A stretch of DNA of 64,000 bases. Origin: Alphaproteobacteria bacterium (lineage in GTDB: Bacteria > Pseudomonadota > Alphaproteobacteria > CALKHQ01). Below are positions 1 to 10,312 of this stretch, piece after piece. The notes beneath the pieces are model-generated. The model searched no databases and was not told the DNA's origin. It saw only the letters and a list, made by a program, of their open reading frames with translations. Each line of letters begins with the position of its first letter. The first letter of the stretch is position 1. The translations under genes were made by a program, and so were the position numbers. Location of the stretch: contig CBDDFZ010000002.1 in the NCBI GenBank assembly GCA_965227515.1, positions 352,001 to 416,000 of the forward strand. The letters are read 5' to 3'.

Positions 1-327
1 TCCATCACCATCTCCTGGGTGCTGATCGGCGGCCTGGGCCTGACCGGCATCTGGGGCAAGCCGCAGTTCAGCCGCGTGCTGGAGGCGCCGCCGTGGGTGA
101 TCCTGGGCGGGGTGATCGGTGCCTTTTTCGTGGTCAGCTCGATGTGGCTGGCGCCACGCATCGGGGCGGCGGCGTTCTTCTCGTGGTTCATCGCCGGCCA
201 GGTGACGTTCGCGCTGGTGCTGGACCATTTCGGCCTGATGGGCCTGCCGGAAAATGCCATCACCTGGCCCAGGCTCGCCGGTGCCGTCATGGTCATCGGT
301 GGTGCGTTGTTAGTAAAATATGGTTAG
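1..327 (+). CDS. DMT family (YdcZ/DUF606-like) small membrane transporter, 5'-truncated by the window edge
   Basis: Frame is open from base 1; hydrophobic helices with PPW..LGG..G, AGQ...AL.LDHFG..G and R..G pattern typical of YdcZ-type DMT proteins. Confidence 0.8.
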   Translation, partial: SITISWVLIGGLGLTGIWGKPQFSRVLEAPPWVILGGVIGAFFVVSSMWLAPRIGAAAFFSWFIAGQVTFALVLDHFGLMGLPENAITWPRLAGAVMVIGGALLVKYG

Positions 328-631
328 GGCGTAGTCATACCGGTCGAAGGCCGGTCCTCTGCTTCCGGCCACGTGGTCGTGCCAGTATCTGTGCGGGGCT
401 GGCCGACAACACAAGGTTTTCTGCGGGCTTGGAGCTTTCTGCTCCTCTTCGGGGCGCTGATCGGGCGCCATGCATTACGGCTGGCGGCTCGTTCCTTGCA
501 TGACTGCATTTTAACGTCCGCGATCAAAGAAATTAACGATTTGCAGGTGATGGCTGTTTAACCTAGACAAGCAAGACAACGGCGAGTCGCCGTGGTCGCG
601 GGAGCAGTTTGCAGATAGCAGAGGGTGTGGG

Positions 632-1240
632 ATGCTGGGCCTATCGAACGCGCGGGGAGCTTTGATTGCAGCCATCGGGATGGCGGGATTGTTGTCGGCA
701 TGCGGCAGCAGCCAACCCGAAGGCCCGATTGGCACGAACAGTTCGGTTCTTGCCAGTTCCACGACGTCCGGATCGCTCGTCAGCTCCATGACGCCGATGT
801 CGACGCCCGCCATGTCCGGGGCCGCCGGTTTCGACTTGGCTTCTGTGGGCAGCGTCGCGCTGGCCGAAGCGGTGCAGTTGGCCGATGAGCCGACCGGCCG
901 CTACTACGTCCACGACATTCCCGGCCGCCAGCTCGGCAGCACTGAGATCGTGCAGGCCGCCGCCGGCAATTCAATGATCGGCCCGCGCCTCAGCGTCTTC
1001 TTCCACCCGAACGGCCAGGCTGAGATGCAGATCTTCAGCGAGACCTATGACGGCTCGTGGCGGGTGAATGGCGACGACATGATGTGCCAGCGCTTCCCGG
1101 ACTTCCGCCCCTGGAGCTCTGCCGAGGTCTGCTACGAGTGGTACCTGGACGGCAACCGCCTGAGCACGTTCGAGCCGATGACCGGCGCGGGTGCTACCAA
1201 GGGCGAGAACCTGCTGGTCGCCGGCAACGTCATTCGCTAG
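632..1240 (+). CDS. Putative lipoprotein of unknown function
   Basis: Signal peptide ending in a lipobox (LLSA-C), Ser/Thr-rich linker, then a beta-rich domain with G.W...D..C and C..WY motifs; AGAGGG upstream of ATG. Confidence 0.7.
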   Translation: MLGLSNARGALIAAIGMAGLLSACGSSQPEGPIGTNSSVLASSTTSGSLVSSMTPMSTPAMSGAAGFDLASVGSVALAEAVQLADEPTGRYYVHDIPGRQLGSTEIVQAAAGNSMIGPRLSVFFHPNGQAEMQIFSETYDGSWRVNGDDMMCQRFPDFRPWSSAEVCYEWYLDGNRLSTFEPMTGAGATKGENLLVAGNVIR

Positions 1241-1290
1241 CTGGTGATGCGCGGTAACCGCCGCGCGAGCCAATCCCAAAATCGAGAGCG

Positions 1291-2223
1291 CTACTCCCGG
1301 TCCGCCAGGGCCGGGACGTTGCATTCGCGCGCCGCGCGGTCGAATGCCTCCGTGAAACCATCCAATGGCCAGACGAGCGTCACGGCGTCTTCCGCGCCGG
1401 GCAGCGTGAGCGCGATCTGCAACTCCATGGTCGCCGCCAGGGTTGCGGCCAGTGGCGCATAGAGCGGCATGAACGCCTCGCCACGGCGCACGGCCAATGG
1501 CAGCAGCGTGGCGGTGCCGTCGAACAACAACCGTGCTTGCGCCTCGTCGTCCAGCGGTGTGTCCGGCCGGTAGCGCAACGCCTCGTCGTTCACCTGCAGC
1601 CATAGGCCTTGGTCCGGGTCGCTGCCGGCCGCGCGCCCGTAGACCGAACACCGCCAGCTCCCGTCGTTGCGCGGCAGGGCGATGGCCAGCCACTGGCCGT
1701 CGGCGCCATAGGTCCCGAGGTCGAGCCGCGATGGGCGATAGCTGTCGGTGCCCGGGCAACCGCCGTCGCTGACCGCGGGAAAGAAGAAGCTGCGGTCGAA
1801 GCTGCCCCGGTCGCGCGTCTCCATGCCGTTGCGCACGCTCGGCACATAGGTCTCACAGCCCGGCGCGACCTGCACCTGGACCTCGGCACCGACGTCCGGA
1901 TCGGCGATCAGGCCGACGTGCTGCGCCGCCATGCAGATGTTGCTGTCGTAGCTGTAGGTCCAGGTTCCCCAGGCCGCGCCCATGGTCTGGAGCAGGGTGC
2001 CGGGGTAGCGCTCGACCACCTCGCCGTCGATCTCGTCCAGCGCTTCGGTCAGCGCGCCCAGGAAACCGCCCTGCGGCGGCCCGCAGGTGCAGGTCAGCGT
2101 CGCGTCCTCGCGCGGCGGCTCGCCATAAGCCTGCATCGTCTGCTCGCACGGTGCCGCGTATGCGGTACCGGCGGCCAGCACTGTCGCGATGGCGATAGCC
2201 GCGCCCCAGCCACGTTGCTTCAT
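1291..2223 (-). CDS. Secreted LCCL-domain protein with an additional C-terminal domain
   Basis: Signal peptide (MKQRGWG...AYA); LCCL-like motif WGT..Y..DSNIC.AA.H.G.I...Y..S.RNG....SF.F; start at ATG 2223 chosen over the longer ORF. Confidence 0.75.
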   Translation of the reverse strand: MKQRGWGAAIAIATVLAAGTAYAAPCEQTMQAYGEPPREDATLTCTCGPPQGGFLGALTEALDEIDGEVVERYPGTLLQTMGAAWGTWTYSYDSNICMAAQHVGLIADPDVGAEVQVQVAPGCETYVPSVRNGMETRDRGSFDRSFFFPAVSDGGCPGTDSYRPSRLDLGTYGADGQWLAIALPRNDGSWRCSVYGRAAGSDPDQGLWLQVNDEALRYRPDTPLDDEAQARLLFDGTATLLPLAVRRGEAFMPLYAPLAATLAATMELQIALTLPGAEDAVTLVWPLDGFTEAFDRAARECNVPALADRE

Positions 2224-2398
2224 GTCGGCGCCCCCATTTGATGAGCCCATGATAGGCGAATCCGCGCGCTGGAGACACTTCGGATTTGTCGCGAGCTTGG
2301 CGCGAACTCGAACCGATGTTGCTTGCCAACACATTGAAACAAGACGACTATTTCATGCCAAGTCGCTGCAAGTGCGCGACCGAACCATCAGGCGAGCA

Positions 2399-4063
2399 AT
2401 GACCGTCACAGCTTCAACAGTGCCCAGCGGGGAACCGGATGCATGGCTGGGGCAGGCTTTGGCTTGCTTGAACATCGGCGTCGGCACGCTCGGCCGCGAC
2501 GGTTGCCTGATGAGCTGGGCGGGTCCGTTGTTCGAGCTGATGACCACACCGCCGCCCCACCGCCGCGCAGGCACCGCGATGCCGCAACTTTGCGCCGGCC
2601 TGACCGCGGAAACCGTGCAACCGCAACTCACCGACAAGAGCCGGGCCCCGGCACGTTTCCGCGCGCACAACCGCACCGGCCAGGTGATCGGCATCGAGCT
2701 GCGCCACATCGATCAGAACGCCAGCGTGATGCGGGTGCAGGGGCTGAGCCCGAACCAGCCCGATCCCGAGTTCGACCCGACCGCGGCGATGCTGCGCAAC
2801 GCCACCACCATGCTGCCGTCGCGGGCATTGCTGGTCGACCGGCTGCATGTCGCCATCGAGCGCGCCAAGCGCGTGGTGACCGACCGCATCGCGCTGATGA
2901 TCCTGTCGGTCGCCGACACCGAGGCCGCGTCGGGCGAGGCGGAGGCCGTGCGTGTGGCGCCGCTGCTCGCCGACGCCCTGCGGGTCGGCGACACACTCGC
3001 TCATATCGATGTCGATACGTTCGCCGTGCTGCTGGACCCGATCCGCGGCGATGCGACGACCGCCCAGGTTGTGGTCGCCTCGACCATGAAGCGGCTGAAC
3101 GACGTGTTGACGGCGGCCGGCGTCGATCCGGGCGCCATCGCCATGGGGCGTGCCATTGGCGATGGCATGACACAGGCTGCGGAAATGCTTGTGGCCGCCG
3201 AGCCGCAACGCAATCCGGACATCGGCGGCATGGTGACCAATGGCCTGCCGAACACCCAGCCGGGTGCGCCGGCAGGCATGGCCGAGCCCGCGAACGTGCC
3301 GGACCCGGCGTCGGTCGTGACGCCGATCAATGGCGCGGGCGCGATCCGCCGCAGCACCGCTGACGCGCCCGACGTTGCGGCGGCGCGGCTGGCGGTTCGG
3401 CCGCATCGTTCGATGAACCAGGACCAGGTCGTCTGCTGCGACATCGCCGTGGTGGTCGACGGTGTGCGCGGAACGGGGACCCCCGACGCCGAGAGTACCG
3501 CCGAGTGGATCGTTTCGCCGACCCACGCGCGCGCCTTCAGCGATTTGCTGGCACGTGGCGCCGCCAGCCTGCCGATCGAAACCGCGCACCTGGACTCCGT
3601 GACGCTGGAGCTGGCGCAACTGCCGCCGCTGACGGAGCTCGACCGATGGGTCCGCGCCTTGCGCGGCAGCCTGTCGCGGGTGGGCCTGGCGATCGACATC
3701 GCGGAGACGGCCATGGTGCGCGACCCGGACGGCGCCGTGTTCGCGGCCGATGCGCTGCGCGCGCGTGCCATCGACGTCGGCATTGTCGGCTTCGGGCGCG
3801 GCGTGTGCACAGATGCCCTGGTCGAGCGTTTGCAGCCGCAACGTCTGCGCCTGGCGCCAAGCCTGATGGCCGAGGCGTGCGAGCCTGGCGCCAGCGGGCG
3901 CGTCCACTTGGCGTCCGCCGTCGGCTGGGCGCATACCCGCGGTCTGATGGCCGTGATGGGCCCGATCACCAGCGCGCACGAGCTTGCGGTGGCGCGGGAC
4001 TTCGGCTGCGACCGGGTGTTCGGTCCCCATATCGGCGACTGGCAGATCGTCCCCACCGGTTAG
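2399..4063 (+). CDS. Degenerate PAS-like/GGDEF/EAL protein
   Basis: [15 protein letters not shown] (GGDEF entry), [15 protein letters not shown] where RLGGDEF is expected, EAL-like tail (DIAET, VGFGRG, RLRL, GCDRVFG). Confidence 0.7.
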   Translation: MTVTASTVPSGEPDAWLGQALACLNIGVGTLGRDGCLMSWAGPLFELMTTPPPHRRAGTAMPQLCAGLTAETVQPQLTDKSRAPARFRAHNRTGQVIGIELRHIDQNASVMRVQGLSPNQPDPEFDPTAAMLRNATTMLPSRALLVDRLHVAIERAKRVVTDRIALMILSVADTEAASGEAEAVRVAPLLADALRVGDTLAHIDVDTFAVLLDPIRGDATTAQVVVASTMKRLNDVLTAAGVDPGAIAMGRAIGDGMTQAAEMLVAAEPQRNPDIGGMVTNGLPNTQPGAPAGMAEPANVPDPASVVTPINGAGAIRRSTADAPDVAAARLAVRPHRSMNQDQVVCCDIAVVVDGVRGTGTPDAESTAEWIVSPTHARAFSDLLARGAASLPIETAHLDSVTLELAQLPPLTELDRWVRALRGSLSRVGLAIDIAETAMVRDPDGAVFAADALRARAIDVGIVGFGRGVCTDALVERLQPQRLRLAPSLMAEACEPGASGRVHLASAVGWAHTRGLMAVMGPITSAHELAVARDFGCDRVFGPHIGDWQIVPTG

Positions 4064-4074
4064 ATCGGCCATGT

Positions 4075-4101
4075 GGGAGCCGGCATGGCCGGCGTCCCTA
4101 C
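4075..4101 (-). repeat. GTAG-type REP-like palindrome
   Basis: Reverse complement reads GTAGGGACGCCGGCCATGCCGGCTCCC, a GTAG followed by an imperfect hairpin, 11 bp after the upstream stop. Confidence 0.45.
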
Positions 4102-4124
4102 CGAGATCACAATTCGGTCCCGCC

Positions 4125-4175
4125 GCGCCGAATTCGGGGGTGCGCCGATTTGGGGGGTGCGCCGATTTGGGGGGT
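4125..4175 (+). repeat. 17-bp tandem repeat x3 (GCGCCGATTTGGGGGGT)
   Basis: Units at 4125-4141 (variant), 4142-4158 and 4159-4175 (identical). Confidence 0.9.
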
Positions 4176-4236
4176 GCGATTGGCCGCGATAGGGCGTACA
4201 ACGCCCGCGCCCATCTACCAACCGGACATTCTCGTT

Positions 4237-5385
4237 GTGACCGACCTCGCAAAACCCGCGTCGCCCTTCTTCTCGACCGGACCGTGCGCCAAGCACCCTG
4301 GGTGGACCGTCGACGCCCTGTCGAACGCCCGCGTCGGGCGCTCGCACCGCGCGTCCCCCGTCAAGGCGCAGATGGTCGACATCATCGCCCGATCGAAGGC
4401 ACTGCTCGGCATGCCCGAGGGATGGCGGCTCGGCATCGTGCCGGGGTCGGACACCGGCGCGTTCGAGATGGCGCTGTGGAACCTGCTCGGGCCGCGCGGC
4501 GTCGATGTGCTGTCGTGGGAGAGCTTTGGCAAGGGTTGGGCATCCGACGTGGTCGGCCAGCTCAAGATCGCCGATGTGCGCAAGTTCGACGTGCCCTATG
4601 GCGAGCTGCCGGACCTGGGCGCCGTCGATCCGGGCCGCGATGTCGTGTTCACCTGGAACGGCACGACCTCTGGCGTGTGCGTGGCGAACGGCGACTGGAT
4701 CGCCGCCGACCGCGCCGGCCTGACCATCTGCGATGCCACATCGGCGGTGTTCGCGCTGCCGGTCGACTGGTCCAAGCTGGATGCGGTGACCTGGTCGTGG
4801 CAGAAGGTGCTGGGCGGCGAGGGCGCGCACGGCATGCTGGCGCTGAGCCCGCGTGCTGCCGAACGCCTGGAAAGCTACACGCCGGACTGGCCGATGCCGA
4901 AGCTGTTCCGACTGACCAAGGGCGGCAAGATCATCGAAGGCGTCTTCAAGGGCGAGACCATCAACACGCCTTCGGCATTGTGCATCGCCGACGCGCTGGA
5001 CGCGCTGTCGTGGGCCGAGCGCATTGGCGGGCTGCCCGCGTTGATGGCGCGCAGCGCCCGCAATCTGGAGACGGTCACCGACTGGGTCGCCGAAACCGAC
5101 TGGGTCGAGTTCACCGCTGTCGCGCCCGAGACGCGCTCCAGCACGTCGATCTGCCTGAAGATCGTCGACCCCTGGTTCGCCGGGCAGGACACCGACGCCC
5201 AGCGCGACCTGATCAAGCGCCTTGTCGGCCGCCTGGATGACGAGGATGTAGGATACGACTTGGCCGGCCACCGCGACGCGCCGCCGGGACTCAGGATCTG
5301 GGGCGGCGCCACGGTGGACCACAGCGATATTGCCGCCATGTTGCCTTGGCTGGATGTAGCCTATAGGGAGTTGCGGGGGTCCTAG
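4237..5385 (+). CDS. serC: Phosphoserine aminotransferase (alphaproteobacterial type)
   Basis: [45 protein letters not shown] (PLP lysine), NTPS, GLRIWGG; directly upstream of serA; GTG start inferred. Confidence 0.95.
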   Translation: MTDLAKPASPFFSTGPCAKHPGWTVDALSNARVGRSHRASPVKAQMVDIIARSKALLGMPEGWRLGIVPGSDTGAFEMALWNLLGPRGVDVLSWESFGKGWASDVVGQLKIADVRKFDVPYGELPDLGAVDPGRDVVFTWNGTTSGVCVANGDWIAADRAGLTICDATSAVFALPVDWSKLDAVTWSWQKVLGGEGAHGMLALSPRAAERLESYTPDWPMPKLFRLTKGGKIIEGVFKGETINTPSALCIADALDALSWAERIGGLPALMARSARNLETVTDWVAETDWVEFTAVAPETRSSTSICLKIVDPWFAGQDTDAQRDLIKRLVGRLDDEDVGYDLAGHRDAPPGLRIWGGATVDHSDIAAMLPWLDVAYRELRGS

Positions 5386-5437
5386 CGATCGCTCGCGACC
5401 ACGCAACGCAGCCGTCACACGTGTACAGAGACGAGCC

Positions 5438-7072
5438 ATGCCAGACACGACCATCATCGAGCCGCAAGACGCGGCACAGGCCGACGCGGACACAGCGCCC
5501 CGCGTCCTGATCTCCGACAAGCTGAGCCCGCGCGCGGCGGCGATCTTCGAAGCGCGCGGCGTTGCGGTCGACAGCCGGCCCGGCCTGGAGGCCGCCGACC
5601 TGGCCGACATCATCGGCGACTATGACGGCATCGCCATCCGCTCGGCGACCAAGGTCACCGCCGACCTGCTGGCCAAGGCCGGCAAGTTGCGCGTGGTCGG
5701 CCGCGCCGGCATCGGTGTCGACAATGTCGACGTGCCCGCCGCCACCGAGCGCGGCGTGGTGGTGATGAACACCCCGTTCGGTAACTCGATCACCACCGCC
5801 GAGCATGCGGTGGCAATGATGATGGCGCTGGCCCGCCAGCTCCCCGCCGCCGACCGCTCGACCCAGGCTGGCAAGTGGGAAAAGAGCCGCTTCATGGGCG
5901 TCGAACTGACCGGCAAGACGCTCGGCATCATCGGCTGCGGCAACATCGGCTGCAATGTCGCCATGCGCGCCCACGGCCTGTTCATGAAGGTGGTGGCCTA
6001 CGACCCGTTCCTGTCGCCGGAGCGCGCGTCGGAGCTTCGGGTCGAGAAGGTCGACCTGGACGATCTGTTGAGCCGGGCCGACTTCATCACCCTGCACACG
6101 CCGCTCAGCGACCAGACCCGCAATATCATCGACGCGGCCGCTTTGGCCCGGGCCAAGCGCGGGGTGCGGATCGTCAACTGCGCCCGCGGCGGCCTCGTGG
6201 ACGAGGCCGCCTTGCTCGAAGCGCTGGAGAGCGGCCAGGTCGCCGGTGCCGCGCTCGACGTGTTCCTGGAGGAGCCGGCGCGCGAGAACCCGCTGTTCGG
6301 GCGCGACGACGTGATCGCGACCCCGCACCTGGGCGCCTCCACGTCCGAGGCGCAGGAGAACGTGGCGATCCAGGTCGCCGAGCAGATGTCCGACTACCTG
6401 CTGCACGGCGCGGTGGTGAACGCGGTCAACATGCCGGCGGTTTCGGCCGAGGAGGCGCCGCGCCTGCTGCCCTACATGAAACTCGCCGAGCAGCTTGGCA
6501 GCTTCGCCGGCCAGCTCACCGAATCCGGCGTCAAGGCGATCGAGATCGAATACCAGGGCGCGGCCGCTACCCTGAACACGCGCCCGATCAAGCAGGCGAT
6601 GCTGGCCGGCTTCTTCCGGCCGTTGCTGAACTCGGTCAACCTGGTCAACGCGCCGGTGATCGCCAAGCAGCGCAACATCGAGGTGCGCGAGGCGTTCAAC
6701 GACCGGGCCGAGGACTACCAGACCCTGCTCCGGCTGACCGTCACCACCGAGCGCCGCAGCCGTTCGGTCGCCGGCACGCTGATCGGCGGCGACAAGCCGC
6801 GCGTGGTCAACATCAAGGGCATCGAGGTCGAGGCCGCGCTGACCGGCCACATGATCTACATCGCCAACCGCGACAAGCCCGGCATCATCGGCCGTATCGG
6901 CACCATGATCGGCGAGTGCGGGGTCAACATCGGCACCTTCCACCTGGGTCGTACTTCCGAGGGCGAGGACGCGATCGCGCTGATCGCGGTCGACAACGCG
7001 CCGCCCGCCGGCTGCCTGAAGCGCTTGTGCGAGCTGGAGCACGTGACCCAGGCCAAGCTGCTGACTTTCTGA
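5438..7072 (+). CDS. serA: D-3-phosphoglycerate dehydrogenase
   Basis: GRAGIGVDNVD, GxGxxG (GCGNIG), NCARGG, TPHLGAST, C-terminal ACT domain (DKPGIIG). Confidence 0.97.
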   Translation: MPDTTIIEPQDAAQADADTAPRVLISDKLSPRAAAIFEARGVAVDSRPGLEAADLADIIGDYDGIAIRSATKVTADLLAKAGKLRVVGRAGIGVDNVDVPAATERGVVVMNTPFGNSITTAEHAVAMMMALARQLPAADRSTQAGKWEKSRFMGVELTGKTLGIIGCGNIGCNVAMRAHGLFMKVVAYDPFLSPERASELRVEKVDLDDLLSRADFITLHTPLSDQTRNIIDAAALARAKRGVRIVNCARGGLVDEAALLEALESGQVAGAALDVFLEEPARENPLFGRDDVIATPHLGASTSEAQENVAIQVAEQMSDYLLHGAVVNAVNMPAVSAEEAPRLLPYMKLAEQLGSFAGQLTESGVKAIEIEYQGAAATLNTRPIKQAMLAGFFRPLLNSVNLVNAPVIAKQRNIEVREAFNDRAEDYQTLLRLTVTTERRSRSVAGTLIGGDKPRVVNIKGIEVEAALTGHMIYIANRDKPGIIGRIGTMIGECGVNIGTFHLGRTSEGEDAIALIAVDNAPPAGCLKRLCELEHVTQAKLLTF

Positions 7073-7103
7073 TCCACACGTCTGCCGACCGACGCTTTTC
7101 GCC

Positions 7104-8270
7104 GTGAGCCCCGTTCCGCCCGACGCCCTTCTGCCCGCTGGCTTCATGGATGGCCTGCCGCCGCGCGCCGACCATGAGGAGCGCACCATTGCGCGCCTGA
7201 TGGCGAGCTTCGGCCAGCACGGCTATCAGCGCGTGTCGCCGCCGATGGTGGAGTTCGAGGACGGCCTGCTGCGCGGCGCCAGCGCGGCGCTGAGCCCGCA
7301 CACCTTCCGCCTGATGGACCCGGTGTCGCAGCGGATGATGGGCCTGCGCGCCGATATCACCGGCCAGATCGCCCGCATCGCCTCCACCCGGCTGCACAAA
7401 TGGCCGCGCCCGCTGCGCCTGTCCTATGCCGGCTCGGTGCTCAGGGTGCGCGGCACCGACCTCAGGCCGGAGCGCGAGTACGTGCAGGCCGGCGTCGAGC
7501 TGATCGGCGCCGACACCGCCGCCGCCGACGTCGAGGTCATCGTGCTCGCGGCCGAGGCGTTGCGGTCCGCCGGTGTCCAGCGGGTGAGCATCGACCTGAC
7601 CTTGCCGACCCTGGTGCCGGCGGTGCTGGCCGCCACCGACCTGGCGCCCGAAGACCATGGCCGGGTGCGCCGGGCGCTGGACCAGAAGGATGGCGCCGCG
7701 CTGGCCCAGGCCGCTGGTCCGGCCGCCGTGCTGCTGGAGACCCTGTTGTCCGCGGGCGGTCGCGCCGATGCCGCCGTCGAGGTGCTGCGCGCCGCCGACC
7801 TGCCGGCCACGGCGGCGGAGGAGATCGACCGGCTGGCGGCGGTGGTGGCCGACGTCACCATTGCCGAGCCGGACCTGCAACTGACGGTCGACGCGGTGGA
7901 GAACACCGGCTTCGAGTACCACACGGGGGTCTCGTTCACGGTCTACGCGCCGGGGGTGCGTGGCGAGCTGGGGCGCGGCGGCCGCTATCGGGCGGGTGCG
8001 GCGGGCGAGCCGGCCACCGGCTGCTCGCTCTATATCGACACGCTGCTGCGTGCCATCGACGGGCCGGCGCCGGCACGCCTGTTGTGGCTGCCCGTCGGCA
8101 CCGATGCCGAGACCGCGCGCCGGCTGCGTGGCGAGGGCTGGCGCACCGTCAAGGCGCTGGCGCCAACAGACGATGACGCGCGGGAAGCCCACCGGCTGGG
8201 CTGCACCCACCGCCTGGGCGACGATGGCCCGATGTTGTTGGACGGGCAGGTGGACGGGGGAGAGGAATAG
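7104..8270 (+). CDS. hisZ: ATP phosphoribosyltransferase regulatory subunit
   Basis: LP.G..D.LP, LRADIT.QIAR, RL.Y.G.V, QAGVELIG, YHTG, GGRY; position between serA and purA. Confidence 0.92.
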   Translation: MSPVPPDALLPAGFMDGLPPRADHEERTIARLMASFGQHGYQRVSPPMVEFEDGLLRGASAALSPHTFRLMDPVSQRMMGLRADITGQIARIASTRLHKWPRPLRLSYAGSVLRVRGTDLRPEREYVQAGVELIGADTAAADVEVIVLAAEALRSAGVQRVSIDLTLPTLVPAVLAATDLAPEDHGRVRRALDQKDGAALAQAAGPAAVLLETLLSAGGRADAAVEVLRAADLPATAAEEIDRLAAVVADVTIAEPDLQLTVDAVENTGFEYHTGVSFTVYAPGVRGELGRGGRYRAGAAGEPATGCSLYIDTLLRAIDGPAPARLLWLPVGTDAETARRLRGEGWRTVKALAPTDDDAREAHRLGCTHRLGDDGPMLLDGQVDGGEE

Positions 8271-9563
<1,293 letters not shown>

Positions 9564-9571
9564 GGTTGCCC

Positions 9572-10285
9572 ATGCCGCACATGACTTCCCGCGTGCTTGC
9601 CTCGGCCGTTGCCGCGCTTGTTCTGGCCGGTTCGGCCATGGCGCAGGAGCACGGCCGCATCCGCCCGGTGGACCAGGGCGACGGCGACCGGGTGTTCTCC
9701 GATTTTCGCGCCGGCCTGCTGTCGGCTGTGGAGCGGCAGGACGTGGAGTATGTGCTGAACGCGGTCGACGCCAACATCGATATCGGCGGCTACGCCCAGC
9801 AGCTCGGCGGCATCGACGGTATCGTCGGCTTCGTCATCGCCTGGATGCCCGATGGCGCGCCGATCGCGGACTGGGACCTGTGGCCGCGCCTGGACGTGAT
9901 CCTACGCAATGGCGGGCGGTTTGAGTCCGCGACCCAGTTCTGCGCGCCGTTCTATCACACCGACCGGCCCGGTTGGGTCGACGCCGACGAGCGCCGCTTC
10001 GCCATCGCGCTCAGGCCAGACGTGCCGGTCTATCCGCAGCCGTCGACGGCGCAGAACGCCATCGGCACGGCGGAGGAAGGCGAGATCCTGGAAGTGGTGA
10101 ACCCGGCCGGCCAGGCGGTCGCCGATGTCGCCCGCGCCAGCGAACTGAGCTTCGAGGCGCTGTGGTACGCCGGCGGTCCCGGCTACATCGACGCCAGTGC
10201 CGTGCAGCGCCTGGGCGGCGACTTCGCCTGCTTCACCAAGACCGAACGCCATGGCTGGCAGATGACCTGGTTCGGCTCGCGGTAG
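9572..10285 (+). CDS. Secreted hypothetical protein with a possible SH3-like region
   Basis: Signal peptide (AMA-Q), GAGG before ATG, PVD....F..FR..L..AV helix, and VY..PS......G.....E...V...GY segment resembling bacterial SH3. Confidence 0.65.
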   Translation: MPHMTSRVLASAVAALVLAGSAMAQEHGRIRPVDQGDGDRVFSDFRAGLLSAVERQDVEYVLNAVDANIDIGGYAQQLGGIDGIVGFVIAWMPDGAPIADWDLWPRLDVILRNGGRFESATQFCAPFYHTDRPGWVDADERRFAIALRPDVPVYPQPSTAQNAIGTAEEGEILEVVNPAGQAVADVARASELSFEALWYAGGPGYIDASAVQRLGGDFACFTKTERHGWQMTWFGSR

Positions 10286-10312
10286 GCCGTCGCCCGGTCA
10301 GTTTTGGCCCGG

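Noticed and set aside
4125-4175. Possible CRISPR mini-array
   Set aside because: Repeats are contiguous with no spacers and there are no cas genes in the window
3505-4236. Apparent 244-aa N-terminal extension of SerC
   Set aside because: It overlaps the GGDEF-EAL gene and the repeat region; SerC motifs begin only at about 4237
7070-7078. TGATCCACA, a DnaA-box-like 9-mer
   Set aside because: Single copy overlapping the serA stop codon; no cluster or AT-rich unwinding region
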